DNA from: Spirochaetaceae bacterium | Lineage (GTDB): Bacteria > Spirochaetota > Spirochaetia > DSM-2461 | NCBI GenBank assembly: GCA_051531975.1 | Contig: JAOPTT010000005.1 | Span: forward strand, 288,001-352,000 | DNA length: 64,000 nucleotides | Direction of reading: 5' to 3' | Shown here: positions 60,935 to 64,000 of the stretch, one piece after another | Position numbering within the stretch: the first letter of the stretch is position 1 | Layout: each line of letters opens with the position of its first letter | The notes under the pieces: model-generated | The model's input: only the letters and a program-made list of their open reading frames with translations | What the model was told of the DNA's origin: nothing | The model's database searches: none | Program-made: the position numbers and the translations under genes

Positions 60935-61884
60935 TTTGCATCTCCTCTATCTGAACCTGTTACTCGCATGATAAATGTTACACCAATAGCCAAAAGTATA
61001 AATGTTATAGTCGCAACAGCAGCACCCAGTCCACGATCTGGAATACCTACTGGGTGTTGCCCTGCTATACCTATTCTGTAAAAGAATGTTCCTAGGATAT
61101 CTGTGGAGAACAACGGAGCACCATTTACATTTGCCATAGAAAATACTACGTCAAAGGCATTAAAGTTATTAACAAAAGTTAAAATTGCAATTATACCAAC
61201 TACTGGTTTTAATAGAGGAAGTTTGATAAGCCAAAATACTTGCCAATCAGATGCACCAGCAATATCTGCTGCTTCGTATAAGTCCTCTGATATGTTATTT
61301 AATCCAGCTAAAAACATCATAGTAGGCATTCCAACCCACTGCCATGATGATACTAGACTTATAATAATTAAAGCTATAGAAGGGTTACCAAGCCATGCAA
61401 TAGCATAGTCTTCTACACCTAGATTTTTCAATATAAGATTTATTGCACCCCATTGAGGGTTTAATATTAATTTCCAAACATACCCTGTCACTAAAATTGA
61501 CAATGTTGCTGGTAAAAAGATTACTGTTCTAAAAAAACTACTACCTTTTAGAAACTTATCAGCTAAAAAGTTTGCAAAAATTATTCCTAGAACATTTTGA
61601 ACTACCATGTGTATTCCAAAAAATAACCATGTATTCCCAAATGCTGACCAGTATCTCGCTGAGGTTCCTGGGTGTGTAAAAAGTTTAATATAGTTATTAA
61701 AACCTACAAAACTACTACCTTTATTTATTGTTTCTGTAAAAAAACTTAACTTTATTGAGTTTAATATTGGTAATGCCATAAATGCTGTATAAAACAGAAG
61801 TGCTGGAATAATGTATAGGAACCATTTAAACCCTCTTTGCTTAAAGAAAGTACTGTTATTGCTTTTAATTAGATTGTTCACCAT
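60931..61884 (-). CDS. Carbohydrate ABC transporter permease (MalF-like)
   Basis: FVGFNNY and LYEAADIAGA motifs. Confidence 0.93.
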   Translation of the reverse strand: MVNNLIKSNNSTFFKQRGFKWFLYIIPALLFYTAFMALPILNSIKLSFFTETINKGSSFVGFNNYIKLFTHPGTSARYWSAFGNTWLFFGIHMVVQNVLGIIFANFLADKFLKGSSFFRTVIFLPATLSILVTGYVWKLILNPQWGAINLILKNLGVEDYAIAWLGNPSIALIIISLVSSWQWVGMPTMMFLAGLNNISEDLYEAADIAGASDWQVFWLIKLPLLKPVVGIIAILTFVNNFNAFDVVFSMANVNGAPLFSTDILGTFFYRIGIAGQHPVGIPDRGLGAAVATITFILLAIGVTFIMRVTGSDRGDAK

Positions 61885-61900
61885 CTACTCCTTTTAGAAT

Positions 61901-61922
61901 CTGACAGGATTTCTCCTGCCAG
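61901..61922 (-). other. Intercistronic hairpin after the SBP gene (likely mRNA stabiliser)
   Basis: CUGGCAGGAGAAAUCCUGUCAG, with no U tract. Confidence 0.55.
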
Positions 61923-61946
61923 TGTTACATATTATTATTGTTCTAA

Positions 61947-63221
61947 TTACTTAGCAGGAGCATACCACTCTGCAAGACCATTTTTAAAATTATCTGCAGC
62001 TTCCTGAGGTGTTACAAATCCATTTATTACACCAATAGAACCTTCTTGCATTAATGTATAACCACTTGGCTCTCCACCTAATAATTCAGGCCATGCCCAT
62101 CTAACATCTGTTCCACGTCCAGAGTTAAGATTTAAGAACTCATTTGCATGAGAATCTTCTATAATTACTGAGTTTTCAGACATTGGGAAGAATCCTGTAG
62201 GAAGATATTTAGCTAAAGCTGAAGCACCTTCTTTAGAACCAAACCATGTTAAAAGAGTTTTAACTTCTTCTGGGTTTTCTGTTGCTGCATTCATTGCCAT
62301 ACCGGCATCTGCATGGAATGTTACGTACTCTTTTTTAGCACCTTTAGGAGCTGGAGGAGGTAAGATTCCCCAATCAAAATCAACATCTGTAAATGTTCCA
62401 ATAGTCCATGAACCATCAAAGTACATAGCTGCTTGTCCTGTTGCAAAAAGTGCATTACTATCGTTGTATCCTAACGCTTGAAAACCACCTGGAAGGTAAG
62501 GTTTTAAAGATGCCATAGCTTCAAACAGTGCTACAACTTCAGGTCCGTTAAACGCTTTCTCTTTATTATCATATGCAAGTCTACCTTCCATTCCGCCAAT
62601 AAAGTTTGGAGCGATACTCATAAATACTACTTCTGTAATATCCCACTCATCACCTAAACCATTTGCAAGAGGCATATAACCCGCATCTTTAATTGTTTGA
62701 CAATATACTAAAAATTCATCCCAGTCTTGTGGTTGAGTTAAACCAAGTTCTTTAAAAATATCTTTATTGTAATAAATACCATGTGATACAGCTGCAAATG
62801 GAATACCAAATGCTGAACCATCTGTTGCTAACCATGGAGCTTTATTACTGCCACTATAGTCACTACTGTAACCAGAAACATCTGAGACATCTGCAAAATA
62901 ACCATCTAAGAATAACTGATTACCTGTAGCAAATGATCTTGCATACATTACATCAGGTCCAATTCCACCTTCGAGTTGTAATCTTAATGTAGTATTATAT
63001 TCTGCTGGTATAGTTGGTTGAAATGTTACATTGATATTAGGATACTGCTTTGTAAATTCCCCTAATACAGCTTTCATTTGCTCTGCATCATCAGTTCTCC
63101 ATGATCCCATAGTAAGTTCAACTGCACTCTCTGTCACTGTTTTCTCTTCGTTGTTTCCGCTAGCTGTAAGGTTAGTTAAAGCCAACATTAAAACAATTAA
63201 TAAACATAGTGTTTTTTTCAT
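61947..63221 (-). CDS. Carbohydrate ABC transporter substrate-binding protein
   Basis: Signal peptide (ASG.xE type), IYYNKDIF and QDWDEF motifs. Confidence 0.9.
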   Translation of the reverse strand: MKKTLCLLIVLMLALTNLTASGNNEEKTVTESAVELTMGSWRTDDAEQMKAVLGEFTKQYPNINVTFQPTIPAEYNTTLRLQLEGGIGPDVMYARSFATGNQLFLDGYFADVSDVSGYSSDYSGSNKAPWLATDGSAFGIPFAAVSHGIYYNKDIFKELGLTQPQDWDEFLVYCQTIKDAGYMPLANGLGDEWDITEVVFMSIAPNFIGGMEGRLAYDNKEKAFNGPEVVALFEAMASLKPYLPGGFQALGYNDSNALFATGQAAMYFDGSWTIGTFTDVDFDWGILPPPAPKGAKKEYVTFHADAGMAMNAATENPEEVKTLLTWFGSKEGASALAKYLPTGFFPMSENSVIIEDSHANEFLNLNSGRGTDVRWAWPELLGGEPSGYTLMQEGSIGVINGFVTPQEAADNFKNGLAEWYAPAK

Positions 63222-63283
63222 TATAATCCCCTTTCTAAAATATATATTTATATTGGGGTCAGAAATGTGATCTTGAAAGTTAC

Positions 63284-63324
63284 AAATGTACTCTAAAATG
63301 TACTTTCTTAAATTTAAATGTACT
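63284..63324. promoter_or_regulatory. Three AAATGTACT direct repeats, candidate response-regulator sites
   Basis: Copies at 63284, 63296 and 63316, upstream of the SBP gene. Confidence 0.6.
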
Positions 63325-63342
63325 TTATTTATACTATTTGAA

Positions 63343-64000
63343 TTAGTCGTAGAAAAAAGAGTCTAAATTATTAGCTTTTCTAATAGCATCAGCTCTATTA
63401 CCAACGTCTAGTTTAGAATATATAACGCTAATATAATTTCTTATTGTCTGGGAGCCTACAAATATAGATTCTGCTATTTCACTATTTGTTTTACCGTTTA
63501 TTAATAATTTAATTATATTTTTTTCTCTACTATTTAATAGGTTATACCAATCTGGTATATCTCTTTTTAGATCGGTGGCGGCTTTTTTATTATTAGAATA
63601 CATATTGTCTATTAGATGACCTGCAATAGATGGTGAAATTGAAACTGCACCATTTTGTACAGCTCTAATAGATGAAATTAACATCTCCGGAGGAATATTT
63701 TTTAACATATAACCTGCAGCCCCATTATGTAGGGCATCTTTAACATATTCGTCATCTTCGAATGTAGTTAACATAATTATATGAATTAAAGGATGTTTTT
63801 GTTTTATTATTTTTGTTGCAGAAACTCCATCCATAATCGGCATTCTTACATCCATTAATATAATATCAATATCCAGTAAATCAACTTTTTCACAGGCTTC
63901 TTTTCCGTTGCCAGCCATACCTACAATCTTCATATCAGAGCCTAAGTTCTCTATAACAATTTTTAAACTTTCTAAAAATAGTAGTTGGTCGTCAACTAGT
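63343..64000 (-). CDS. NarL/LuxR family response regulator (5' end outside the window)
   Basis: The frame continues past the ORF-track start to LVDDQLLFLESL. LMDVRMP receiver and C-terminal LuxR HTH. Confidence 0.92.
   Translation of the reverse strand, partial: LVDDQLLFLESLKIVIENLGSDMKIVGMAGNGKEACEKVDLLDIDIILMDVRMPIMDGVSATKIIKQKHPLIHIIMLTTFEDDEYVKDALHNGAAGYMLKNIPPEMLISSIRAVQNGAVSISPSIAGHLIDNMYSNNKKAATDLKRDIPDWYNLLNSREKNIIKLLINGKTNSEIAESIFVGSQTIRNYISVIYSKLDVGNRADAIRKANNLDSFFYD

Overview
A low-GC, gene-dense bacterial chromosome segment. It is most consistent with a free-living spirochaete (Spirochaetaceae-like), inferred from the tig-clpP-clpX-lon order, tRNA-Arg(UCG), spirochaete-type TPR proteins and lipoboxes. 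It holds about 58 CDSs and four tRNAs. The CDSs include a TetR / radical SAM / aldehyde dehydrogenase / OYE operon and a tungstate uptake and pterin-cofactor operon (tupABC-moeA-moeA/PBP-moaA-moaC-MOSC) under a P3-less Moco (Tuco) riboswitch. Also present are folEPBK, pth-mtnN-luxS, cmoAB-ychF, hisC, fhs, an Rpn gene with an internal antitoxin start, and sugar ABC genes. Four signals are not explained by standard annotation. (1) Three intergenic ~70-80 nt units end in intrinsic terminators and have cores that are reverse complements of a generic 'AGGAG-spacer-AUG AAA AAA' initiation region; they are a candidate anti-RBS sRNA family, one with an ECF-type promoter. (2) A ~45-nt repeat makes up the 5' UTR and Shine-Dalgarno of two unlinked genes. 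(3) There is a SelB homologue with no GTPase domain and a PHP phosphatase fused to two ACT domains. (4) About seven genes appear leaderless. All calls come from reading the sequence by eye; no database searches were run.
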